Assembly (NCBI RefSeq): GCF_001194135.2
Contig: NC_068989.1
Span: forward strand, 16,786,753-16,850,752
Source of the DNA: Octopus bimaculoides
Lineage: Eukaryota
DNA: 64,000 nt
Direction of reading: 5' to 3'
Shown here: positions 37,700-50,227 of the stretch, one piece after another
Layout: the number at the start of each line of letters is the position of its first letter
How positions within the stretch are numbered: position 1 is the stretch's first letter
Notes under the pieces: generated by a model
The model's input: only the letters and a program-made list of their open reading frames with translations
Databases searched by the model: none
Told to the model about the DNA's origin: nothing
Made by a program: the position numbers and the translations under genes

Positions 37700-38052
37700 A
37701 TCAGCAGTTAGACAGGAGCTGGCCAAGCAAGAGACTTTTCCAAGCTTCAGTGCCTGTTTTGGCATGGTTTTTGCGGTTGGATGCCCTTCCTAACACTAGC
37801 TACCTAACAGAGTGCTTTTTACTTGGAACAAGTACAGACGAGATCGGTTTTGGCATGGTTTTTACAGCTGGATGCCCTTCCAAACGCCAACCATTTTACA
37901 GTGTGGATTGAATGCTTTTTCATGTGGCACCAACAATAGCAGGGTCACCAAATAAGTTGCAAGACAAAGGGGCACTGGAGGAGGTGATCTTGTGTCAGAG
38001 GATGAAAGGTTCAAGGGTGACTGAGAGGCAGAAACAGGTGATGTAGAGGAGG
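37700..38052 (-). mobile_element. RTE-tailed retroposon (family D) with an internal tandem duplication
   Basis: ttggcatggtttt..g(g/c)tggatgcccttcc occurs twice; ggaggaggtgatct..gatgaaagg block shared with 53770. Confidence 0.7.
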
Positions 38053-38619
38053 AAAGAGAGAGAGAGAGTCAGGCTGAATATATATTTATTATTTACAACA
38101 CTGTTCCTTCTGCTATCCACCTTATCTTTAGCTCCATTATTTATTCTCAGGTTTTTAATTCTTAACCTACTTCCTTCCCTGCTTCATCAGTTCCAGTTTC
38201 TCCATCTGCTTTCTAACCCTATTATTATTGGTTCTCTTTCTTTCTTTTCCCTCCCCTTCATGTTTCGCTTTTCTTGTATCCTTTTTCTTTGATTTTCTCT
38301 CTCTTTGACTTTCAAGCACAAAATAAGTAATTTAACTTTCGACTAACGTCCACTGATATCTTCACATCCTTTTTGTGAAATAATTGTTGGATGTATGACA
38401 GAAATCGAAAATTTTGTTTCAACCTTCACTGTTTGAACAAGCCATTAAGGTGAAAATTGAAGTCTCCATCAATTCAATATTATCAATAAATTTCACTCTA
38501 CTAAATGTTTTGTTGTATTGTACAAGATGATCAACAATATCAAATAATTCATTTGTGTGTGTGTGTGTGTGAAGCAATATATCAGATTGTAAAAAAGTTA
38601 TTCTGTATTTGGATGAATG

Positions 38620-38928
38620 TGGAGGCGAAATAGCCCAGTGGTTAGGGCAGCGGACTCGCGGTTTCGATTCCCAAACCGGGCGTTGAGTGTTTATTGAGCG
38701 AAAACACCTAAAGCTCCAAGAAGCTCCGGCAGGGGATAGTGGTGAACCCTGTTGTACTCTTTCACCACAACTTTCTGTCACTCTTTCTTTCTGTTTCTGT
38801 TGTACCTGTATTTCAAAGGGCCAACCTTGTCGCACTGTGTCACGCTGAATATCCCCGAGAACTACGTTAAGGGTACACGTGTCTGTGGAGTGCTCAGCCA
38901 CTTGCACGTTAATTTCACGAGCAGGCTG
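38620..38928 (+). mobile_element. SINE family A lacking its 3' end
   Basis: Head tggaggcgaaatagcccagtggttagggcagcggactc through cacgagcaggctg. Confidence 0.9.
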
Positions 38929-40552
38929 GAATATTGCCCACCACTCCAAGTTTTCATGCCAATTACTGACTAATAACGAATGTGTAAGCTGAACAGGATT
39001 GATCTCATCAACCTTGGAGGGTCAACAAAGGTAATGGATGCTGCCCACTTCTTCCAGTCTAAAACAATTTCTTCATCCATGGACAATGAAAACATTTTTC
39101 ACTAAGAAAGTGCATGTCCTAACTTCTACAGTTACATACAAGAAGCTTGGTATTTATTATCTACCTTTGACAAGGTTAAATAAAATATTTTAGAGTTGGA
39201 CTCAGTTTCTATGAATTGTTTTTCAAATATTACACAAGATTACATTTCTCATGAAACCTCCTTGTTCTTACATCAACAAATTTCTGCTTCACATTGTGCA
39301 TTCTTAATTTGATCAGTATGGACCAATGCCTCATTCATTCCTTATAATGAGAATAGTGCTGTTTCCATGTTGTAATTTCTGTTGTAGAACCACCATTACT
39401 CCAAACTTGTTCATTAAGGGAAAATAATGCACAATGTTAATGTACTATTGATGCAAAAATACTTTGTATTCTACAAATGTGAGCATAGTGTAATTATGTG
39501 ATAACTAAACAATAGATGGGGTAAAGATGATTAAAATATTTCTCTAGAAAAGGAGAGTTTTTAACCTGATTTAAGTGTTTATATCTTCTATCTACAATTC
39601 CATTCAATTGTGAGTGATATGTCTAATAAGCACTGTACCCAATTTTCTTTAGCCAAGAGCACAGATCGTCAACATGAAATTCTTAAGTATTATCAAATGC
39701 TAAAATATTTTACATAACATTTTCAGATAAAATTACACATAAAACTTGTTTTATTGCAGAACACTTCCTATCAGAAATACAAATAACTCCTGCTTAAACT
39801 GAAAAGGTATTAACTAGTATAAGCAACAATTTGAAACCACACACTCAATTATTTGTTTGTTATTAGCAGCTGATGTGGATTTAATGTAAGTTAGCCAGTG
39901 ACCACAACCCTGTCACTCTCACAACACAGATAGCCAGAGATGAGAAGAAGATGAGATGAGAAGACATCAACAGCCTCAGACACACACAGAAAAGGGAAAA
40001 GAAAAAAAATGATAATCAAGTGTTAACATATTCAGTAATGAAATCCTAAAAGCTCAAAGAGAAGCAGTCATATGATAATAATGTAACACTTGAGTCTGAA
40101 ATCATTCCTGAAAAATGGGAAAAAAATAGTGTAATTATCTACACACATACAACAGTCAATCTGAGTGAATGTTAAGATCAAAGAGAGGTGAATCTGCTGC
40201 CTGTACCATAGAAGGTGTACTGACAAATATTCTACAGCCACATGCTTGATGTGACCTTAAAGAACAAGTGCAGAGCAGTTTTACCAAGTGGTGCATCACA
40301 ATGAAGTACCAGGATTAGATAACACTCACAATCAGTTACATTGATCTTGGTAGAATCCACAGACCCGTACTCAAAGCATATTTTATATTGAATTCTGATA
40401 TTTATAAGATTTAAAGGAACTTCAGTTACTGTGCAGGATAATGAACTGGCTACTACTGCTAGTTGTAGGTCCTCATTAAAGTATAACAGATTATCCCCTT
40501 TGTTTATTGTTGCAATTCACTATTTTAGTTTAAATATCTAAGGAATAGATTG

Positions 40553-40912
40553 CAGGTTCAGTCCTACTGTGTGGCACCTTGGGCAAGTGTCTTCTATTAT
40601 AGCCTCGGGCTGACCAAAGCCTTGTGAGTGGATTTGGTAGACGGAAACTGAAAGAAGCCTGTCGTATATATGTATATATATATATGTATGTGTGTGTATA
40701 TGTTTGCGTGTCTGTGTTTGTCCCCCCAACATTGCTTGACAACCGATGCTGGTGTGTTTACGTCCCCGAAACTTAGTGGTTCGGCAAAAGAGACCGATAG
40801 AATAAGTACTAGGCTTACAAAGAATAAGTCCTGGGGTCGATTTGCTCAACTAAAGGCGGTGATCCAGCATGGCCGCAGTCAAATGACTGAAACAATTAAA
40901 AGAGTAAAAGAG
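40553..40912 (+). mobile_element. SINE family B, 5'-truncated
   Basis: High identity to the reverse complement of 6107-6503. Confidence 0.9.
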
Positions 40913-41677
40913 AGTAATAGTATCTTTTATATAGTCTAAAGATAAAAGTTTCTCAAACCTAATTTCTGCATATAATATTGCAGTCTCAGCAATATTCATT
41001 AAAAACAAGTTAGACTTGATCTTAATAGAAGCAAAGAAGCTGCTGCTAGGCAACCACCATCCAAAAATGGATATTATAACAAACCAGTAGAAGACTGAAA
41101 ATATCAAAACAACCTTGTTGCCAAATTCTACCTTATCAATGAAGTTGTGATGAACAGCTACAGAATATCTAAGCTAGGATTTGAAATTAAATCCACATTA
41201 TCAAATAAGTGATCAGCCTATTTTTGCTTTTTTGCACAAAGAGATTAATGTGAATAGGTTGACCTCTCAGACATTTTTGAGTTATTCAAGGGTCAAACCT
41301 GATATTGAAGAACCCCATTGTTATCAGCTGACTTAATTAAATTAGCAAAAATATAAATATACATGTCAGATTGCTTTCACTCTCTTTTGGTAATTTGGTG
41401 CCTACCAAGATCATGGCTATTTCCTTCACTTTAGGTATGTTCTGGTATGAGTGTGAGAACAACTGTTACTCTATCTACTTTGACTATCTTACTCTTTCTA
41501 TCTCTAAGAGTCACAGAGATGAAACTAACTACTATCATACAGAATGAACCAGAGATCTACAAACAAGTTGTGTACACACAAACAACTTGACGAAATTGTA
41601 TATTTCTTAAATATTGTAATGACTAATATTATAAACAATCTTAATAAACGGCCATTTTAATAATTGTGGAGGGAATC

Positions 41678-42045
41678 TGTGGAAGGGGTTGACCGAGGAA
41701 GATGTGGGACAAAGTGGTGAGAAAGGATCTTCAGACCCTGTGTCTCACTGAAGAAAATGACAAGAGACTGGGAGTTGTGGCCATAAGAAAACATGTCAAG
41801 CCAAGCAGAATTGCTGCAGTTCATACATACAGGCTTGTTCTTTACAGATGCCAGTGCTGCATAAATGTACCCATGCTGGTGGCATATAAAAAGCACCCAG
41901 CACACTCTGTGAAGTGGTTAGTGTTAGAAAGGGCATCCAGCTGTAGAAACCATGGCACAGCAGACAATTTGGAGTCTGGAAAGTTCCTGCCAAACTGTCC
42001 AATCCATGCCAGCATGGAAAACGGACATTAAATGATGACAATGAT
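41678..42045 (+). mobile_element. 5'-truncated RTE LINE: ORF C-terminus plus 3' UTR and (GAT)n-like tail
   Basis: GRG.PRKMWDKVVRKDLQTLCLTEE (RTE GRP..W C-terminal motif), then the shared tail ..catgccagcatggaaaacggacattaaatgatga. Confidence 0.85.
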
Positions 42046-42679
42046 TCATTTTTCTGATGCATCTTCATATTAAATTCTGTCATTACATTTGGTGACCCTT
42101 GACTAAAGAACTGTATATCTTCATTAGATTTTTAAACTGTAACAAAGTAATATGCCAACTAAGACCAAGCCACAGAATTATTTGAACTGCCTCAGATGCA
42201 TCAAGCAGCAGGACTCTCTATTTTCAAGTTTGTGTAAGTTTGGTAAGGAGACAATTTTATTTACCAATATATTGTAGTATTTTCAGTGGGAAATCAGTTT
42301 TGAAAACGACAAATTCAACTCTCCAGAAAATATCATTCAACTAATTTGAGATTTAGAAAAAATTTTAATGTACATATAAATGTGAATAATTTGTCACAAA
42401 TTTTAAATGAAATGAATATCTCATTTATTTGTTCTTTTTTTAAATCTATTTATAAAGAATGTTTTCAACAAATCATCTCAATATTTTGTTCCTGTATATA
42501 TTTCTCTTTACTTTAAGGTGGGATTTTGAATGAGAATTTTCTACAGATTTTCCCTTTTATAAGATTTTGTTGCACCAACATAATTCACAGTGAAAATTTT
42601 CTGTCCAGTTTGTATTCAATTGTAAATTCATTTGTTAACTACAAGCTTTAAATTCATAAATAAGGATTTCCGAAATATA

Positions 42680-42772
42680 TTAGAGAGGGGACAGAATCAT
42701 TTCTGGCATGGTTCACAATGATGTTTTTCCAGTGTGTAATTTGTTGGTGGACTAAAAGTCTGCAAGAGAATC
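42680..42772 (-). pseudogene. Decayed C2H2 finger remnants downstream of ZNF gene 2
   Basis: After TGAKSFNSDT* the minus strand continues cacactggaaaaacatcattgtgaaccatgccagaaatgattc, reading HTGK..HCEPCQK*F. Confidence 0.6.
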
Positions 42773-43648
42773 TCACGTGTCACTGTTAAAAGACTTAGCT
42801 CCAGTGTGTATCCGTATGTGTCTTTTTAATAAACTCTTACTGATAAACGATTTCCCACATATGTCACAGTGGAAAGGTTTTTCTCCAGTATGACTACGTT
42901 TGTGAACTATAAGACTAGAATTCTGAGTAAAAGATTTATCACATAGCTCACATTGGAAGGGTTTCTCTCCAGTATGTATTCTTTTGTGTGTTTTTAAATC
43001 ACTGTTAGAGACAAAAGATTTTCCACATATTTCACAGGGATAGGGTTTTTCTCCAGTGTGACAACGTTTATGAACGGTAAGTTTAGAGTTTTCTATGAAA
43101 GACTTACCGCATATATCACAGTGAAATGGATTTTCTCCTGTGTGTATTCTTTTATGTTTCGTTAAATTACTGTTATACACAAAATATTTCCCGCATATTT
43201 CACAGTTATAAGGCTTTTCTCCAGTATGTATCCTTTTATGAACTATAAGACTAGACTTTACAGAGAAAGATTTCCCACATATTTCACAAAGGAAAGGTTT
43301 CTCCCCAGTGTGTATTGTTTTGTGGGTTACAAGGTTCGAATACTGAGTACAGGATTTCCCACAAGTTTCACAATGGTGTAGTTTTTCTCCAGTATGTATT
43401 GTTTTGTGTGTTGTTAAATGACCATTAGTGATAAATGATTTTCCACATATCTCACATCGATACGGTTTTTCTCCAGTGTGACTACGTATGTGGATTGTAA
43501 GCTTAGAATTCTCACTGAAGTTTTTCCCACATATTTCACAGTGAAGACTTTTACGTGAACGTTTTTCACCGCTGCACGTCTTTGCAACTGATTTTCTATT
43601 GCTGAAAACATTCGTTTTGGAAGTGTCCAAGTGATTAACTTCTGCCAT
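42773..43648 (-). CDS. C2H2 zinc-finger protein, 9 tandem fingers, 291 aa (ZNF gene 2)
   Basis: Nine C-x2-C-x12-H-x3-H units with TGEKP-type linkers; 34-aa leader; intact ORF. Confidence 0.95.
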   Translation of the reverse strand: MAEVNHLDTSKTNVFSNRKSVAKTCSGEKRSRKSLHCEICGKNFSENSKLTIHIRSHTGEKPYRCEICGKSFITNGHLTTHKTIHTGEKLHHCETCGKSCTQYSNLVTHKTIHTGEKPFLCEICGKSFSVKSSLIVHKRIHTGEKPYNCEICGKYFVYNSNLTKHKRIHTGENPFHCDICGKSFIENSKLTVHKRCHTGEKPYPCEICGKSFVSNSDLKTHKRIHTGEKPFQCELCDKSFTQNSSLIVHKRSHTGEKPFHCDICGKSFISKSLLKRHIRIHTGAKSFNSDT

Positions 43649-43667
43649 ATTAATTCACCTTTAATTC

Positions 43668-43683
43668 CTAAAATACAAGAAAT
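43668..43683 (-). promoter_or_regulatory. Probable 3' splice site 19 nt upstream of the ZNF gene 2 ATG
   Basis: Minus strand atttcttgtattttag|gaattaaaggtgaattaatATG. Confidence 0.65.
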
Positions 43684-44686
43684 GTCTGTGAGTATAAGCT
43701 ATTATGGTTCAGTTTATTTTGAATATCACGGGATACTATTTGTATGAGTTAAAAATATGCAATATATCTACTTATTTACTTACCACTGGAATGTTTGTTG
43801 TTGAATACATCTATCGTCGTGAGAGACACATTTTTGACAATACACAACAAAATAAAAGCACCTAAATTTGAATGTCAAGAATTCACCCATTGGTTGGTAA
43901 TTAAAACCATTTCATGAAAGCTAATCGCTCATTGGCTGATCATTAAAACATGTTTGCTCTGTCGTGTTAAATAAGGCTGTATAACAAAGATGTGACAAAA
44001 TAAAATATTTAGTCATGCAAATGATGGAACACCGATCTATTCTCAAACACCTCCCGACATGAGATAATTGCTATCCGTGAACGTTTAGGCGGTGTCGTTA
44101 AAAATGTATTCCACTATTGAATGATACCGGTGACATAAGGTAAAAGTCCTTAACATAAATTAATACCGCTAAAACGTCTTTAGTTACACCAATTTCTATC
44201 CAGCTCATTGAAAATTAAAAATAAGACGTCACCCAGCAAATTAACTCCATTGTTCGACTAGCTAGAAATAACAATCAAAAACTCACTCATCGTCCTGTAT
44301 AATACATTTGACAATGAAGTTCTAGATGTGGCCCAAAATACACACATACATATACACACACACAAACACATGCACAATAGGCGTGCTTTCCGTTTTTTCG
44401 TTATTGTTTTGGTTGACTGTTGAGCATCACCAAATATCAAACAAACGCTGTCTTAGCAATGTCATTTGTAACATATTACCGTAAATATTAAAGACCGAAA
44501 GTATTTATCCCTATTAACATTGTAGACTTTTGTTGCTACCTCTGACTTCGCTATTCCGATTCTTTTTCTATTTTTATTCCACTATTGAAAACCCGAATTA
44601 CATTTTATAATACAACCTGCCTTCCCGTCTTCTTTTGAGATGTTCGGGAGACCCTGGCCACTGACTACGTAGTTTTTATCATTGGC

Positions 44687-44778
44687 GTCTTCACTGTGAA
44701 ATATGTGGGAAAAACTTCAGTGAGAATTCTAAGCTTACAATCCACATACGTAGTCACACTGAAGAAAAACCGTATCGA
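44687..44778 (+). repeat. Inverted 92-bp copy of finger 1 of ZNF gene 2
   Basis: Reverse complement of 43457-43548 with a single difference (cactgaag vs cactggag); encodes (S)[30 protein letters not shown]. Confidence 0.95.
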
Positions 44779-44781
44779 GGG

Positions 44782-45868
44782 TGTAGGGAAACTACCTATC
44801 GTCACTAGATACAAAACTGCTATCGCCATTCTTCTCATTTAAATATAAACAAACGCGAGCGTAGCAGAGAACCCATTCCTTGTCATCACGTGACTGATTA
44901 ATATTCGAACCGTTCCCGCTAGAACGCAAACTGACCAATCACGGCCCCTAATAAGGTCACGTGATAGTGTTTTTCTGCTACCGTCTTGGAGCCGATAATT
45001 CGCTATAAATAGAGCAACTCATACCCAACAAATTTGTCTCGGTTCAGTTTCTCTTAGAGACTGTTCCGTGTACCACACGACAGCAGCAGCAACAATCAGC
45101 CAGCGACCACTTCAATAGCNNNNNNNNNNNNNNNNNNNNNNNNNNNNNNNNNNNNNNNNNNNNNNNNNNNNNNNNNNNNNNNNNNNNNNNNNNNNNNNNN
45201 NNNNNNNNNNNNNNNNNNNNNNNNNNNNNNNNNNNNNNNNNNNNNNNNNNNNNNNNNNNNNNNNNNNNNNNNNNNNNNNNNNNNNNNNNNNNNNNNNNNN
45301 NNNNNNNNNNNNNNNNNNNNNNNNNNNNNNNNNNNNNNNNNNNNNNNNNNNNNNNNNNNNNNNNNNNNNNNNNNNNNNNNNNNNNNNNNNNNNNNNNNNN
45401 NNNNNNNNNNNNNNNNNNNNNNNNNNNNNNNNNNNNNNNNNNNNNNNNNNNNNNNNNNNNNNNNNNNNNNNNNNNNNNNNNNNNNNNNNNNNNNNNNNNN
45501 NNNNNNNNNNNNNNNNNNNNNNNNNNNNNNNNNNNNNNNNNNNNNNNNNNNNNNNNNNNNNNNNNNNNNNNNNNNNNNNNNNCCTTCACATACAGACTCA
45601 TACTATTGGGTACACAAGAACTGGTATAATTGCTCACGTGTTATTGACTCTCTTTCCATCTGCTGTAATAACTCACATACACATACATGTATCACTCACA
45701 TACATACTTTTCTTTGTACGACGGCCTGTCTTTGATTATGTTCTTATATGTCGCATTCACACTCTCACATAGACATACATCTTTTACGCCACAATAAATA
45801 TCTCTGTTATTCATCTTATACGGGTGTGGTCTTTCATTGCTGGTCATCTATGTTATCGTAGTATAACA
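44782..45868 (+). mobile_element. Probable solo LTR (TG..CA), gapped
   Basis: Starts tgtagg and ends gtataaca; two tcacgtga boxes (44886, 44957), CCAAT (44935), TATAAATA (45004), AATAAA (45793); no TSD found. Confidence 0.45.
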
Positions 45869-46237
45869 TATTTGTATATCATCTTTGATATATATTATTT
45901 TGTGTTCGACCGTGTGACACGTTTAAATAAAAGGAGTCCTCTGTTTTTCCATTCGTCACCATTTCTCCTTTTTGAGTTCGCACGGTCGTTCCTTACAAGG
46001 GTACTAAGTTGTTCCAAGTGTCTCTAACTCGCGTTAAAATATCGTGTTTTGGATACCGTAAAACGTGTTGGGGGAAAATGTCAGCATTCCCTGTTTGTGT
46101 GTGTAATTGAAGGAGTGTATTTTCCTCGTGACTCATTTTTATTATTATTATCCATTTACCTTTGTAAATACTATTCTTAATATAATGCTTGTAATGTTTA
46201 AGAAATTAGTTATAATCTGGATATTAAATTCAAATAA

Positions 46238-46400
46238 GCCCGGACCTGTCGATGTGTTGTGTTCTTTAGCAAAACACTTCTTTTCACGTCGCTCCAGTCC
46301 ATTCAGCTGGCAAAAGTGAGTAGACCTATAACAGACCAGCGTCCCATTCAAGGAGGAATATATCCACCAGAGAAGTCGGGAAACTGGCCTTGTGCTTCTT
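46238..46400 (+). mobile_element. SINE family F, degenerate
   Basis: gttgtgttctttagcaaaacactt..gctccagtccattcagctggcaaaa matches 21665-21725. Confidence 0.75.
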
Positions 46401-46699
46401 ACGAAGTAATGTGGACTAGCCACTAAGTTTACTAAAAATTCTCGTTGAAAACCGCAAGAAATTTCATGGGTTTTATGGAGAATGATTTTATTAGTTGATG
46501 TAAAACATGCAAGTATCTTTTGTAGTTACTTCAGCTGTTGATTCCAACATATTTACTTCTCTTACACTATTTTTATACTAATTTCTATTCATTCTACCAA
46601 TTATTAAAAATAAATTTTGAAGACAGCTACCCAGAATTCGATATTTACTTCTGATATTTTTTATTGCTATCCATAAAAAGTAATATTAATCAGGTTGTA

Positions 46700-46880
46700 G
46701 TGACGACTAATATCAGTCGCCATTTCTGGAGAGTTTATCCACGCATGCGCAGGGACTAGTTCCGGAAGGAATACAGGAAGAGTCTCATGCGCATGCGTAG
46801 TCATCCAATATCCAAGCGTTCCCGCTTCTTTCGATCTCTTTGCTCGCTGAACTTCGTGGAAGCTAGACGTCACAATAGCA
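46700..46880 (-). promoter_or_regulatory. CpG-rich housekeeping-type promoter, probably of ZNF gene 2
   Basis: Two NRF1-type sites (cgcatgcgca 46742-46751, tgcgcatgcg 46788-46797), ETS ccggaag (46762-46768), YY1-type AAATGGCG on the minus strand (46718-46725), CRE-like site near 46865. Confidence 0.6.
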
Positions 46881-47671
46881 GCTCTCCGACAACTCTACAA
46901 TGGAGCCATATAGATAACCAGAAAGGAGAAAAATGACTTCTAACCACGCAACTTCATTGACGGCGTCTCATCTAACCAAAGGGCGACATGTTACCGAATT
47001 CCCTCCTAGTGTGAGCAGAATTCTACTGTAATAAATATTCGTTGTGTTGTTAGTTTAGAGTCTGCGTTCCGTTTTCTTCCTTAAGAAATTTTATGTACGG
47101 AATTGAGATACACCTAATGGTGTATAACCACTTCCCTACAAGGTCATTGTTCAGTCATAACTGTCCATCAAGTTAACTAATATTATTACTGATTGAAGAA
47201 GGTTTATATTAGATATTTTCTGATGATATTCTTATCATTGTTCTTTTTTGTTTGTTTGTTTAATCTAATATAAAATTTGTAACACTTTTTAAAACTACTT
47301 TCTTTTGATTATAAACCTGCTCGGAGTTGATTAGGAGCTAAACAACAACAACATGCATTTGATCGTAGGTTGTTAGACTTACTTGAAATAGCAGCCAAAT
47401 TTCTACTATCATGAAGAGAGGGAGGGAGGGAGAGAGAGAGAGAAATGCAGGATTGTTTCTGCTGGAATGTATTTGTCTTAGATCTGCTCACTCAGGTTGA
47501 GTTGGGGTTAAATAAGTCACTAAGTGAGCCTTGATGTGGTCTCTCTTATAGACAAATTTCCCTGAAATTACACCCATCTTGAAATAAAAGGGCTATATTG
47601 GATGACATAGTCCTAGATACATATGCTCAAGAGAAGAATGGAATAGACATGGCTAAAATATTTTTCATTAT

Positions 47672-47865
47672 AGGTCTGGCAGAATTGTTGGCACACTGAC
47701 AAAATGCTTAGTGGCATTTCATCTGTTTTTATGTTCTCGGGTCAACTTTGCCTTTAATCCTTTCAGAGTCAGTGAAATAAGTACCAATTAAGCACTGGGT
47801 CGATGTAATCAGCTAGTTTCCACCCCCAAAATTTCAGGTCTTGTGCCTATGGAAGAAAGGATTAC
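47672..47865 (+). mobile_element. SINE family E
   Basis: ctggcagaattgttggcac..ggtcaactttgcctttaatcctttc..aaatttcaggtcttgtgcc..aaaggatta. Confidence 0.8.
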
Positions 47866-48229
47866 AAGTCTGTTGAGTTGACAAGCCTGAGCTAAAGAAC
47901 TACAAACAATTCTGTTGTTTAACATATATGATGTTAAATGCTCTAAAAAGTGTAGCTACAGTTTACGAATATGTATAATTCACAAAAAGTTGGCTGATGT
48001 AATTTTAATGATGAATTAAAAAGTTCAAATTGTTCAGTCAAATATAATATGTGACGATCAGTTGGTTGTCATAATAAAACTCAGAGTTTCGGATGCCGGG
48101 GCTGAAGTCTGCTCCCGCATCTCATCAGTCATTAAGACAAACAAAAATGCTATGAAAAAAAAACGGTAAATAAAGGGAAATTGCTCTAATAGGCATGGGG
48201 AAAGTAAAACTTCGTTTATAGAATCCGCA

Positions 48230-48517
48230 TATGCACACACACACACACGCACATGTATATCTATATACATACTCACACACGCGCGTGTATATATACATAT
48301 AAACACATATATATGTCTATGCATACACGCACATACACACGCATATGTACCCATGCATGCATCACTACGCTCATATACACATCTCTATACGCGCACACAC
48401 ATGCATACGCGGTTATACAAAACGTAGTTTATACGCACATGCATATACATACGTGGATAGACGTATATACAAATAAAAACACATGCGCAAAAACGCACAT
48501 ACAGATATATTTATGTA

Positions 48518-48553
<36 letters not shown>

Positions 48554-48880
48554 NNNNNNNNNNNNNNNNNNNNNNNNNNNNNNNNNNNNNNNNNNNNNNN
48601 NNNNNNNNNNNNNNNNNNNNNNNNNNNNNNNNNNNNNNNNNNNNNNNNNNNNNNNNNNNNNNNNNNNNNNNNNNNNNNNNNNNNNNNNNNNNNNNNNNNN
48701 NNNNNNNNNNNNNNNNNNNNNNNNNNNNNNNNNNNNNNNNNNNNNNNNNNNNNNNNNNNNNNNNNNNNNNNNNNNNNNNNNNNNNNNNNNNNNNNNNNNN
48801 NNNNNNNNNNNNNNNNNNNNNNNTATATATATATATATATATATATGCATATATATGCATATATATATATATATAATTAG
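48230..48880. repeat. Degenerate (CA/TA)n, (CT)n and (TA)n microsatellites around an N gap
   Basis: Directly visible. Confidence 0.9.
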
Positions 48881-50227
48881 TGGATATGCTACAAGTATTT
48901 TTGTGATGTTATGTGATATCTCTATAATTCACTCTTCAGATGCAAACTGAAATCTGAAACCCGTTATCATTGTGATGATAGATTAGAAATCAATAATAAC
49001 GTTACCAGGCATGTACCAGATAAATTAAGGGTGTGATCAAAGTCTTTTGGAAATTTGGATTAAGAATCAGCATAGCTAAAAACTTCTTAGACTAAACACT
49101 AACTCAACCTAAGCACTAACTTATACAAACCAATGTGAAGTTCATATGCGCCCGCCATTGCATTTAAAATCTTAATCATAAATATTAGTGAAGGAATCTT
49201 GAACATGTCACCGAATAAAGACATCTTTGATAAACCACACTTTTGTTCTACTTGGGGTGGTTGTAGGCTGAATTCAACCCTGAAAAAAGTAAATATGACG
49301 TAACGATTCATAGCATATCCCGGGGAATATATCATAATCCAATAATCTGTATCTTCTCATTTCTGACGAACAGAGTACGCTTTTAACCACCACAAAAATG
49401 AAGAATACTTTAGTACAAAATCTGAATAAGGTGACAAATTGACAATCCTGCAAAATGATGACATTGTTGAACCCAATGTACACTACAAATCAATAGTTGA
49501 TACATCTGAATTTCCAAGTTAATTTCAAATATAGGAAATAGCTAGTGCGAGTAAACAAAACAGTTGAATGTTGTGATGGACTTGTGAACTAAAAAAATCA
49601 GAATCACTGATTAGCACGTTAAATTGTTTTATTCCTCTATGTTCTTGATTAGTATCTCAACATAGATTTAAAGTTCTGATTAATTTCAATGGGTATTCCA
49701 AGACAATGCGCATTATCAATGAGAGGTGATAAACATGAGATGCTCTTCGACATAAGCAAACAACGCAATGCACTACCATTGGCTTGGTAATCAGTTATTG
49801 GAAGTTGCCAGTACAGAAAAAACCACCAGTTATATCTGGGTCATATATGGAAGTTACTAATATGGAAGAAAGACCAGTTATTTTCAGGTCATACAATGAC
49901 ACCTGCAGATGAAGTAACTACCATTGATACAAGGACTGCACTAATTACACGTGCTTCATACTTACTGGAGGAACTCATGCGTATCAAATTGTGAAAGTGT
50001 ATTAGAACAGTTTGCAGATGTCTTTGAAAGTGAATTTACAATTACTTTAGATTCGAAAACAATATCAGTTGAACATCTTCCAAGGAGTATTCTAGAAGTA
50101 TTAAGAGTAGCGCAATAGCAATAAGTCTTTGCAGTCAAGAGGTATCACATACAAAGTTAATGAACCAACTGATAGCCTTAATAGCCCAGTGGATATAAAG
50201 AAATGATAATACTTTGTGTATATGTAC

